DNA from: Pirellulales bacterium
GTDB lineage: Bacteria > Planctomycetota > Planctomycetia > Pirellulales > JAICIG01
Direction: 5' to 3'
DNA: 34,096 nucleotides
Assembly (NCBI GenBank): GCA_035606815.1
Contig: DATNEC010000443.1
Location: forward strand, 1 to 34,096
The notes under the pieces were generated by a model. The model was not told where the DNA came from, searched no databases, and saw only the letters and a list, made by a program, of their open reading frames with translations. Each line of letters opens with the position of its first letter. The stretch's first letter is position 1. Shown one piece after another: positions 7,591 to 15,678 of this stretch. The translations under genes were made by a program, and so were the position numbers.

Positions 7591-9717
7591 TTAGTTGGCT
7601 CCGCTTGCTTCGCTTTGCGCTTCATCGGAAGCGAGTTCGATGATTCTAAGGAGTGTAGTCCACTTCAATTGTCTGGCGACACCCACGGGAAATTCCCAGC
7701 CGTCGGCACGTGGGCGAGCGAGGATGACGTCGCCGCGCTCCGCCGCCATTGCCAGCGTCTGCGGGACGTCGAGGTAGCGCAATACGTTGAGGAAGTCTGG
7801 GCCATCGCGATGCGTGCGAGGCAGGTTGGCCAGCGATAGCCTGGTCGGCGTCGGTTCGAACAGCGACGCATAAAGCGCCAACAGCGCAATGTCTCCATCC
7901 GCCTCGATCTCGATTCGCGAGCCGCGAAAAGCTTCGATCGACCGAATGGCCTGAATTGCCCGTCGGGTATCCCAGACCTGCATGCCCGCCAGCGTTTGGC
8001 CAAGCAACATAAAACGGCGACGGTTGTGGATGTGCTGCTTTTCGCTGCCCGAGATCTCCCGGGGAAAAAACATGCTCGCGATGATGCGAGAGTCGGCGCC
8101 AGCGATCTCATCGCCGTCCTGACGTTTTCCAGAGCTTTCGTCGTCTTCGGCCGGCCTTTTAGTGACCCCCCGCATGCGCAATCGGAACAGAACCGTTTTG
8201 GCCCTCGAAGCGTTTGCCGCTCGCTGGATAAAAACGCTCAAACGAACTCCAGGCTGGCTATCAAATGAGTACAACTCATCCACGATGCCTTCCCTCACGG
8301 CCGTAAACACTTTCTCCACGTTCAGCGGCCCCGGCTCTTCCGGCCAGCCGGCGAAGCATTTTTCCTTGAGGGCCTTCATCCAACCGTCGCGCATCCGCGC
8401 CCACTCTTCTTGGTTTTCCGGAATATTGGGCGGCTCGGCGGCCGGCACGAACGTCTCGTGGATGCGGCTGGTGATCTCGTCGGCCGGCAGGCTCTCGAGA
8501 ACTTTAAGCTGCTCCGGCTCGAAATACTTGATGCCGGTGTTTTCGACCGGGGCGTCTTCGCCTTTCAAGAAACGATTGAACCAATGAAACTCAGCGACTT
8601 GCAACTCTTGGATATCTTTGTGCGGGCCTTCGCTGATTTGCAGCCCCAACTGCTTCTCGGCGTCGTACAGCCGATAAATCTCGCGGACCTTGCGATGCAC
8701 GCGCTCGACGCCGTCGAGCGGAAAGATCGAGTCTTTGTCGGTGTTGGCGATCAGCAGCGCCCGCGGCGCGACGAGCGCGGCGACCTGCGGATAGTCCCAG
8801 CGATAGGTATTGACCATGAACATGCAATCGCAATGGCCTTCGACGCAGCCGTCGACGACGTGGTTTTCCAGGTCGGTGATGCCGGCGGTCGGCACGGCGG
8901 CCTTGACCCGTTCGTCGAGCGCGGCGATCCACCAGCTATAGGCGCCGCCGCCCGAGCGGCCGGCCACGCCGAGTTTCTCGCCATCGACCTCCGGCCGAGA
9001 TTGCAAATAATCGAGCGCCCGGATGCCATTGAAGGCCTCGACGCCGGCCGGCGTGTAGCCGCGCGAATTCCACCACCACATCCCTTCGCGATACGTGCCG
9101 TGGTGCAGCCCCTCGATTTCCCCGAGTTGGATCGTGTCGATCGTCAGGCAGACGAAGCCGTTGCGCGCCAGCCATTCGCCGTGATGCTGATACGAAGTCT
9201 TGTTGCCGTAGCTGACTCCGTCTTTTTTCACCTGCCCGTGGCCGCAAACGTACAGCACCGCGGGCGCCGGCTCGTCCAGACCCTTAGGCAAATACAGATT
9301 GCCCGTCACGTACAGCCCCGGCCGAGACTGAAACTGCACCATTTCGACCGTGAAGAACTCATTCTCGAGATTGCCCGTCACGACCGCTTTCAAATCGGTC
9401 CGCTCGGGCATCGGATCGAGGCCCAGCATTTCGGCCAACTGCCGGCGATACTCATCGCGCTTCGAGGTCCAGTCCTCCAGCGTCTCGATGTCAGCCAAGC
9501 AGCGATCCGCCAGCTTCGCCGTTTCGGCGCGAAAATACTCGGCCAGCATTTGATCGCCGGCCAAAGTGTCTTGGGCGGGGACGTGCGCTGGCGCAGCGAA
9601 GAATAGCGCGAAAATCAAGACCAACGCGAAGCGCGGAATGCGGAATGCGGGACTGCAGGGTGGGCAGTGCCCACCTTCGCCATCGCTTGTGGCGGGCGCC
9701 CGCCCGACTATTCTCAT
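7591..9717 (-). CDS. Alpha/beta hydrolase, acetyl-xylan-esterase (AXE1)/dienelactone-hydrolase-like, with long C-terminal extension
   Basis: Track ORF of 708 aa. Nucleophile elbow GRSGGGAYSW. The hydrophobic segment FALVLIFALFFAAPAHVPAQ looks like a signal peptide. The ATG at 9717 overlaps the upstream stop by 4 nt (ATGA at 9714-9717). The first ~25 codons are encoded by palindromic repeat DNA, so the exact start is uncertain. Confidence 0.8.
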   Translation of the reverse strand: MRIVGRAPATSDGEGGHCPPCSPAFRIPRFALVLIFALFFAAPAHVPAQDTLAGDQMLAEYFRAETAKLADRCLADIETLEDWTSKRDEYRRQLAEMLGLDPMPERTDLKAVVTGNLENEFFTVEMVQFQSRPGLYVTGNLYLPKGLDEPAPAVLYVCGHGQVKKDGVSYGNKTSYQHHGEWLARNGFVCLTIDTIQLGEIEGLHHGTYREGMWWWNSRGYTPAGVEAFNGIRALDYLQSRPEVDGEKLGVAGRSGGGAYSWWIAALDERVKAAVPTAGITDLENHVVDGCVEGHCDCMFMVNTYRWDYPQVAALVAPRALLIANTDKDSIFPLDGVERVHRKVREIYRLYDAEKQLGLQISEGPHKDIQELQVAEFHWFNRFLKGEDAPVENTGIKYFEPEQLKVLESLPADEITSRIHETFVPAAEPPNIPENQEEWARMRDGWMKALKEKCFAGWPEEPGPLNVEKVFTAVREGIVDELYSFDSQPGVRLSVFIQRAANASRAKTVLFRLRMRGVTKRPAEDDESSGKRQDGDEIAGADSRIIASMFFPREISGSEKQHIHNRRRFMLLGQTLAGMQVWDTRRAIQAIRSIEAFRGSRIEIEADGDIALLALYASLFEPTPTRLSLANLPRTHRDGPDFLNVLRYLDVPQTLAMAAERGDVILARPRADGWEFPVGVARQLKWTTLLRIIELASDEAQSEASGAN
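9653..9675. repeat. Palindromic repeat CTGCAGGGTGGGCAGTGCCCACC (copy 1 of 2 in window)
   Basis: GGTGGGCA-G-TGCCCACC is a perfect 8+1+8 palindrome (9659-9675). It is followed by a second perfect palindrome GGCGGGCGCCCGCC at 9691-9704. A near-identical copy lies at 25357-25379. Confidence 0.8.
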
Positions 9718-11078
9718 TTCAACAACTCCTTCATCCCCTTCATCAACACCCCCTCCACCTCCGGCGCCACGCGCGAGACCGGGCCGGTTTCATAGCCGCC
9801 TTGCGCATAGGCGATTTCGGTGCCGACGTAGCCGGGGCCGTAGTCGCCGTAGGCCGCCATGCAAACTGGCGCATCGGGCCGCATCTTTTCGGCGGCCAAT
9901 TGATACTCGATGAACAATTCGCCGGGCATGTTCAGGATGTAACCCGGCCCCAGCTTAAGGCAGCTTAGTTCGATCTTGTCGCCCATCTGCGCCCGCCGCA
10001 GCCAGACCAGATTTCGCGCGGCCCGCACGCGGTCGACCGGCTTGGCCGCCGAATCGTCGACCACTTTCAATAAGGCCGCTTCGTCGAGACCCGGGCTGGG
10101 CGGCAGCGCGACTTGCACGGTGCGCCATTCGACGTCGGCCGCCGTGACGGGCGTTTTCTTGGTGTTGTCCCACGCTTTTTTCATGCCGGCGGCCAACCGC
10201 TCGGCCAATGCCGCGCGCTGGGGTTTCGAGCCGTCGTTGTACTTGCCGGCCGTCACGTTGCCGCCGGCGCCGTTGAAGTGAACGTGGGCGATTTCGGGCA
10301 ATGCTTTCTCTCGCAGCGATCGGGCCAGCCCCGGAAAGTCGGCGCTCACGCCTCCTTGTCCATAGTAGCTCTGCGGGTGCGTGGCGTAGTAGGTGATCGA
10401 AACGAGCGGCTTGTCGCCATCCCAAAAGCTGACCAGCCGCACGTCGGGGTCGATCAGGCCCTCGGGTTCCGCCCGGATCGCCTCGTCCTTCGTGGCGCTA
10501 TAGCGCACGTATTTCACCTTGCCGTCGGGGCCCATCACGCGGCGGTTCGAGGCCACCTGCTCGACGCGGCCCACGCCGAAGCCGACGTGCGTCACGGGCT
10601 GCGCCTTGGCGGTCGCCGTTTTGACCGCTTCGGCCGTGCGGCGAATCGCTTCGTGGGCGAAGGCCACGTGAAACACGGCGCCCGAGAGTCCGCGAGCGGC
10701 CAGCAGTACTTCGGCGTCGAAGTCGCAGCCTGGCGCGTCGTGCTGGTGCAGGCAATGCACGGCCACGCGGCTTTCGCTCGTGCCGGCGGCTTTGGCCAGC
10801 GCCTTGCGCCAGGCGTCGTAGCCCCCGTTGCCGATGCCGACCCAATCGACGGCGCAGAGCACGATCGGCGGCTCATCGGAGAGAATCACCACGCCGCGGG
10901 CCGACAGCGGATCGACGATCTCGCTGGCCGGCGGCACCAACGCGTCGCATAACGGCGCCCCCAGCGGCGGCGTGACATCCACCTGAAACGCCCCGACCTT
11001 GAGCGGCTCGGCCGCCTGCGACCATCCATTTGCCGCGAGCAAAGCAATCGCCGGCACGATCCAAAAACATCGACGCAT
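9714..11078 (-). CDS. Secreted hypothetical hydrolase-like protein (possibly neutral-ceramidase-N-terminal-like; family call tentative)
   Basis: Track ORF 9714..11141. I place the start at the internal ATG at 11078 (MRRCFWIVPAIALLAANGWSQAAEP, a clean signal peptide). Coding-like composition throughout. VGAFQVDVTPPLG...VHCLHQHDAPG resembles the ceramidase-like family, but this is recollection only. Confidence 0.65.
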   Translation of the reverse strand: MRRCFWIVPAIALLAANGWSQAAEPLKVGAFQVDVTPPLGAPLCDALVPPASEIVDPLSARGVVILSDEPPIVLCAVDWVGIGNGGYDAWRKALAKAAGTSESRVAVHCLHQHDAPGCDFDAEVLLAARGLSGAVFHVAFAHEAIRRTAEAVKTATAKAQPVTHVGFGVGRVEQVASNRRVMGPDGKVKYVRYSATKDEAIRAEPEGLIDPDVRLVSFWDGDKPLVSITYYATHPQSYYGQGGVSADFPGLARSLREKALPEIAHVHFNGAGGNVTAGKYNDGSKPQRAALAERLAAGMKKAWDNTKKTPVTAADVEWRTVQVALPPSPGLDEAALLKVVDDSAAKPVDRVRAARNLVWLRRAQMGDKIELSCLKLGPGYILNMPGELFIEYQLAAEKMRPDAPVCMAAYGDYGPGYVGTEIAYAQGGYETGPVSRVAPEVEGVLMKGMKELLK

Positions 11079-11261
11079 GGCAAAAACTCCCAAGGGCCAA
11101 GCTATCGCGTCCGCCGCAGCGGGCGAAGGCGGGTCAATCAAGCGGCGTTCATCGCAAACAATCGGCTACTGTCGAGCGATTCTGGATGCTGCGCCGCGTC
11201 AAGTCAAGTTTCACCGGCGGATTCACGGCGAGCGGCATGCGAAACTCTGGACTCGTTAGGG

Positions 11262-11330
11262 CTCACGCGGAGGCGCGGAGCCGCGGAGAGAGACTTCTGT
11301 TTTTCTTTTTCCTCCGCGCCTCCGCGTGAG
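11262..11330. repeat. Perfect 19-bp inverted repeat with 31-nt T-rich loop in the spacer downstream of the WD40 gene
   Basis: CTCACGCGGAGGCGCGGAG (11262-11280) and its exact reverse complement CTCCGCGCCTCCGCGTGAG (11312-11330). The loop contains TGTTTTTCTTTTTC. Confidence 0.85.
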
Positions 11331-11383
11331 ACTATCTCCGCAGCCGCGTGGCGGGTTCGGAGCGCTTGCCCGCAACTGGCCGC

Positions 11384-12466
11384 TCAAGCGTCGGCCGGTG
11401 CGGGCATGTCGAAGATCACAATCGGCGACCAGTTGCCAGGGTATTCTTCGGCGCCGTCCGCCGCCTTGAGACGGCCGTTGCCGTTGCTGTTGGCGTTCAC
11501 CGTCGTCACGGCCAGCCGAAGTCCGCTGGGATGACGGCTCACGGCGTGACAGTTCGGCTTGGCGATCGAGAAGAACGGCTCCTTCGCGTCGAACTCTTGC
11601 ATCAGCAGCTTGCCGGCGCCGGGGTTGCCGCTGGTGACCGCCACGATAAAGCCGCGAGCGTCGAAATAAAAATCGCAGAGGTAAACGTCCGAATCCTTGC
11701 CGAACTCGAGCGCGTGCGTCGCCATGCCGGTAGTCCAGTCGAAGAGGACCGCCAGCGGCACGCCTTGCACGTTGCCGCCGACCTTGGGCCGCGCGCCGCC
11801 GCACCCAAGCATCTTCCCCGTTTCGTCAAAGGCCATCGACCGCACCCCGCCGACGTCCTGCAGGCGATTGGAAAGATAGAGTTGCCGGGCGTCGAACTCG
11901 CGCACCTGGTTGCCGGCCGCAACGTCCCAGTGCTTGACGATGCCGGCGAGATCACCGGAAGCCAGCGACTTGCCGTCGGGATGGAACGAGACCGCCAGCA
12001 CGTCGAAGGCGTGGCCGGCCAATTCAAACAACTTGCCGCCCGTCGCTGCATCCCAGATTCGCACCAGGCGGTCCATGCCGCACGTAGCCAGCAGTTTGCC
12101 GTCGGGGCTGACGGCGAGGGCGTGGATCCAGCCATTGTGGGCGTCGGCCGTCTCCCATAGCGGCTGCGGCGCGGCGTCGGCGTAGCTCCAGGCCCGCAGC
12201 CGGCCCCACGAATCGGCCGAATAGAGCCGCGATCCTTCGGCATGAAACGCCAACCCGCTGACCCAGCCGCCGTGGCCCGAAAGGGGCGGCAGTTCGGCAA
12301 ACTCGTCGCCCGAGGCGTCCCAGCGGCGCACCAACCCGTCGTACCCGCCGCCGACGAGGAACTTGCCGCAGGGCGTGAAGCGGACCGCGCATTGCTGCTG
12401 CTCGGCCTTGACGGCCTTGAGTTCCTTCGGCCCATAGAGTTTCGCCAGTTCGCTGGGATCGGTCAT
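11384..12466 (-). CDS. WD40-repeat beta-propeller protein (360 aa)
   Basis: Track ORF 11384..12643. The start is placed at the internal ATG at 12466 (MTDPSELAKLYGP), because the upstream 59 codons are Arg-rich and overlap the DUF1501 gene end. WD units: GHGGWVSGLAFHAEGSRLYSADSWGRLRAW, AHNGWIHALAVSPDGKLLATCGMDRLVRIWD, GHAFDVLAVSFHPDGKSLASGDLAGIVKHWD. Confidence 0.85.
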   Translation of the reverse strand: MTDPSELAKLYGPKELKAVKAEQQQCAVRFTPCGKFLVGGGYDGLVRRWDASGDEFAELPPLSGHGGWVSGLAFHAEGSRLYSADSWGRLRAWSYADAAPQPLWETADAHNGWIHALAVSPDGKLLATCGMDRLVRIWDAATGGKLFELAGHAFDVLAVSFHPDGKSLASGDLAGIVKHWDVAAGNQVREFDARQLYLSNRLQDVGGVRSMAFDETGKMLGCGGARPKVGGNVQGVPLAVLFDWTTGMATHALEFGKDSDVYLCDFYFDARGFIVAVTSGNPGAGKLLMQEFDAKEPFFSIAKPNCHAVSRHPSGLRLAVTTVNANSNGNGRLKAADGAEEYPGNWSPIVIFDMPAPADA

Positions 12467-12486
12467 GGAATGACTCTTTCGCGCCG

Positions 12487-13764
12487 TTAAGCCAGCACCT
12501 CTTCGACCGCGCGGCAGTCTTCGTGCGCGATTGGCAGCGGCTGGCCGTTGTTCTCGTACTCGGTCTGCCGCGGATCGACGCCCAACGCCCGGAACCAGGT
12601 GTGGAACATGTGGCCGATGTCGAACTCTTCGCCGGCCACCCACGTGCCCTTGTCGTTGGTCCCCCCGACGGCGATCCCTTTTTTAACGCCGCAGCCAGCC
12701 ATCGCCGCGCTCCAGGCCTCGGGCCAATGGTCGCGGCCGACGTGGCCGTTGACCCGCGGCGTGCGGCCGAACTCGCTGATGGCGATCACCAGCACGTGAT
12801 CGAGCAGACCGCCAGCGGCCAGATCTTCGATCACCGCCGCAAACGCCTGGTCGAACTTCGGCACGAGGTTGGCATGGCCGACGAAGTTGTCGCCGTGCGT
12901 GTCCCAGCCGTAGGTGTTGACTTTGACGAAGGTCACGCCGGCTTCGAGCAGCTTGCGGGCTTTGAGCATGTGCCGGCCCAGTTCATGACTGCCGTAGCGC
13001 TCGACGTCGCGCGGCGAGTATTGCGACTCGTCGAACAGCGCCTCGCGCTTCATCAACTCTTGGGCCACGTCGTAGACGAAGCTATTGGCCTCGACGGCGC
13101 CGCCGCGGCGCCGCTGGGCGTAACGGCGGTCGGCCCGGCGGCGAAACTCGTTGCGGAAGGCGTCGTCCTCGGCGCTGACCGCCGGGCTGCGCAGCAGATT
13201 CTCAGGCGGCTTGCCGTCGCCGAAGGCCAGCGCTCCGTATTTCGGCCCCAGAAAACCGGCATCGGCGTAGATGAACCCGCCGCTGCCGGGCTTGACCCAC
13301 ACGTAGGGCGGCAAGCCGCTCTCGCCCGCGCCCAGCAGCTTGGCGACGGCCGAGCCGAAGAACGGGTAGGTCACGCCACGGTTCTTGGGATCGCCGCGCT
13401 GGATTCGCGCGACGCCAGCCGAGTGCGAGTTGTCCTTGGTGCAGAGGCTGCGCACGAGGGCCAGGTGATGCATCTGCCGGGCGGTTTTGGGAAGCAGCTC
13501 GCTGACTTGGATGCCAGGCACGGAGGTTGAGATCGCCCGGAAGGGGCCGCCGAATTGCGTGCCCGGCTTGGGATCCCAGCTTTCCAGTTGACTGATCCCG
13601 CCGTCGATCCAGATAAAGAGCACTTGCTTCTGCCGCTTCTTCAGTTCTTCGGCCATTGCCGGACGGACCAGGCTGCCGAGCCCAATCGCCGCGGCGCCGG
13701 CGCCCAGCAGACGGCGCCGCGAGAGTCGGTGTTCCCACGGCTTGCAAAGCGGATTCGATTTCAT
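12487..13764 (-). CDS. DUF1501 domain protein (sulfatase-fold, Tat signal)
   Basis: Track ORF 12487..13791, with the start taken at ATG 13764 (MKSNPLCKPWEHRLSRRRLLGAGAAAIGLGS, a twin-arginine signal). WIDGGISQLESWDPKP and the C-terminal GRDHW are typical DUF1501 blocks. Confidence 0.9.
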   Translation of the reverse strand: MKSNPLCKPWEHRLSRRRLLGAGAAAIGLGSLVRPAMAEELKKRQKQVLFIWIDGGISQLESWDPKPGTQFGGPFRAISTSVPGIQVSELLPKTARQMHHLALVRSLCTKDNSHSAGVARIQRGDPKNRGVTYPFFGSAVAKLLGAGESGLPPYVWVKPGSGGFIYADAGFLGPKYGALAFGDGKPPENLLRSPAVSAEDDAFRNEFRRRADRRYAQRRRGGAVEANSFVYDVAQELMKREALFDESQYSPRDVERYGSHELGRHMLKARKLLEAGVTFVKVNTYGWDTHGDNFVGHANLVPKFDQAFAAVIEDLAAGGLLDHVLVIAISEFGRTPRVNGHVGRDHWPEAWSAAMAGCGVKKGIAVGGTNDKGTWVAGEEFDIGHMFHTWFRALGVDPRQTEYENNGQPLPIAHEDCRAVEEVLA

Positions 13765-13775
13765 GGCGACGCGCC

Positions 13776-15413
13776 TCAATGGTTCAGGCAAAACTCGGTG
13801 CTCGCCACCAGCGCCCAGGCCATCTGCCCCAGCACCGCCGCGCGGCGGTCGGGTCGCTCGGCCAGCGCGGCGGCCATGTCGGCCCGTTCTTCGTCGGTCG
13901 GCAAGCGGGTCAGCACACTGAGATACAACTCATCTGCGACTTCCCGCGGCCCGGCGAGCTCCGATAGCCGATCGACGAGGTTGCCGGGCCGGGCCTCGAG
14001 CAGACCGAGCACGCGCGGGTCGTTCATCACGAACAGCGCCGCCTTGACGCTCGGACTGAACTCGATCTCGGGCTCTTTCGGCGGATTGGCGAATGCCGCC
14101 ACGAATCGTTTGCGCAGCTCGTCGAGTTCGGTCTTGCCCGCTTTCTCGTCGCCCGGCTGCTCATTCCCGGGCGGCGCCGCGGCTGGCGTGCCGGCCGCCG
14201 TCAGCATGCTCCAAAAAAGCTGCTCGGCCGAGAGCGGCTTTTCGAGCGCGACGCGGTAGCTTGCCGGAGGCGGCGCCTCGCCAGCGGCGGGAAGCAGGCC
14301 GCTCCGCTGGTATGTTTCGCTCAGGGCCAACTCGCGCAGCATGCCGCGCATGTCGAACTTTCGCGCCGCAATGTCTTGGGCCAACAATTCCAACAGCTCG
14401 GGATGCGAGGGGGGATTCTCGCGGTGAAACAGATCGAGCGGATGCACCAGCCCACGGCCGAACATCACGAACCACAGCCGATTGGCGATGTTGCGGCTAA
14501 AGGCCGCGTTTTCAGCGGTCGCCACCCGCGCGGCGATCGCCTCCAGCGGGCTGAACTTCGGCTCGCCCGGCTGGTTCGCCTGCTTGTCCGGCGGCACGCG
14601 GTACTCTTCGCCCGCGGCGAAGGCGGGGATCTCGATCTCGGCGCCGCCGGGAATGCGCGGCCCCGTCGCGAGCGGAACCTTGTCGAACACCGACATGAAC
14701 TCGGTCTTCTTCGTCAGCAGGTTTTCGCCGACCGCCGGAAACTTGACGTCGCGGCGGATGAACGTGTTGAGGAAGACGGCGTACAGGCCCTGAAAGTCTT
14801 GCTGCTTGTAGTCGTCGATGAACAGGTGATTGTGGCACTGGGCGCACTGCAAATCGACGCCCAGAAACAGCCGCCCGACGTCGCGGGTCAGGCCAGGGTA
14901 ATCGGTGTCTTGCTGGCCCACCTTGTCCAGCCGGCTGACGTAAAAGTAGGCGGCGCCGCGCACGGCTTCGTCTTGCGGATCGGGATCGAGAATCTCTCGC
15001 GCCAGCACGTCCCACGGCTTGTTGGCCTCGAACGAGCGGCGCAGATAATCGAGCCAGTGCGGATCATCGCCGCGCCGCTCCAGCAGCATGGCGTGAAACA
15101 GATCTTGCATCCGTCGCGGAAAGTCGGGGCTTTCCAGCAGACGGTCGATGAGCTTCGCCCGCTTGTCGGTCGCCGGATCGGCTAGGAACGCGCGGGCTTC
15201 GTCCGCCGCGGGAATCTTGCCGGCCAGATCGAGATACGCCCGCCGCAGGAACTCGGCATCGCCGGCGAGGGGACCGACTTCGCCGGCGGCTTGGGCCGCG
15301 ATCAACCGATCGATCGCCTGATGCAAAGGCTCGGCCGCCGATAGTCGCTCCGCGGGCAGTCCGAGAGCCAATATCGCGGCTGCACACGGCGCTAGCAACA
15401 GGTGCCACCACAT
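13776..15413 (-). CDS. DUF1549/DUF1553 domain protein (PSD1-type planctomycete protein)
   Basis: Track ORF of 545 aa with a signal peptide. DUF1549-like FLRRAYLDLAGKIPAADEARAFL, conserved CAQCHNHLFIDDY block, and DUF1553-like NRLWFVMFGRGLVHP. Lies 11 nt upstream of the DUF1501 gene. Confidence 0.9.
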   Translation of the reverse strand: MWWHLLLAPCAAAILALGLPAERLSAAEPLHQAIDRLIAAQAAGEVGPLAGDAEFLRRAYLDLAGKIPAADEARAFLADPATDKRAKLIDRLLESPDFPRRMQDLFHAMLLERRGDDPHWLDYLRRSFEANKPWDVLAREILDPDPQDEAVRGAAYFYVSRLDKVGQQDTDYPGLTRDVGRLFLGVDLQCAQCHNHLFIDDYKQQDFQGLYAVFLNTFIRRDVKFPAVGENLLTKKTEFMSVFDKVPLATGPRIPGGAEIEIPAFAAGEEYRVPPDKQANQPGEPKFSPLEAIAARVATAENAAFSRNIANRLWFVMFGRGLVHPLDLFHRENPPSHPELLELLAQDIAARKFDMRGMLRELALSETYQRSGLLPAAGEAPPPASYRVALEKPLSAEQLFWSMLTAAGTPAAAPPGNEQPGDEKAGKTELDELRKRFVAAFANPPKEPEIEFSPSVKAALFVMNDPRVLGLLEARPGNLVDRLSELAGPREVADELYLSVLTRLPTDEERADMAAALAERPDRRAAVLGQMAWALVASTEFCLNH

Positions 15414-15678
15414 CGTCGGAGGTTCTCCGCGGTTTCGAGGGCGCCAACTATCCGGCGCCAGGCCAGGCTGGGAATAGCCGCCATCTTACCACTGCGGCGC
15501 CCGATGCGCGTAGCACGGGGCGATTTTTTTGCCGACGCCTCTGCCCGACCTCGACGTGCATTCCCTTCCGGCGGCAGGTAAACTCGTCGCAAGCCCTCGC
15601 CGCAAGCCAACGAGCGGCGATTTGAAGAACGCCCTGGAGTGTCGACTGGAACTTCCTTACGCCCGAAGGTCATCTACC

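Noticed and set aside
15497-15530. CGCCC...GGGCG stem followed by ATTTTTTT, which looks like an intrinsic terminator on the plus strand
   Set aside because: The stem is only 5 bp with a 15-nt loop. No plus-strand gene ends upstream, because the segment lies in the divergent promoter region between the DUF1553 gene and the oxidoreductase gene. More likely a T-tract in promoter DNA.
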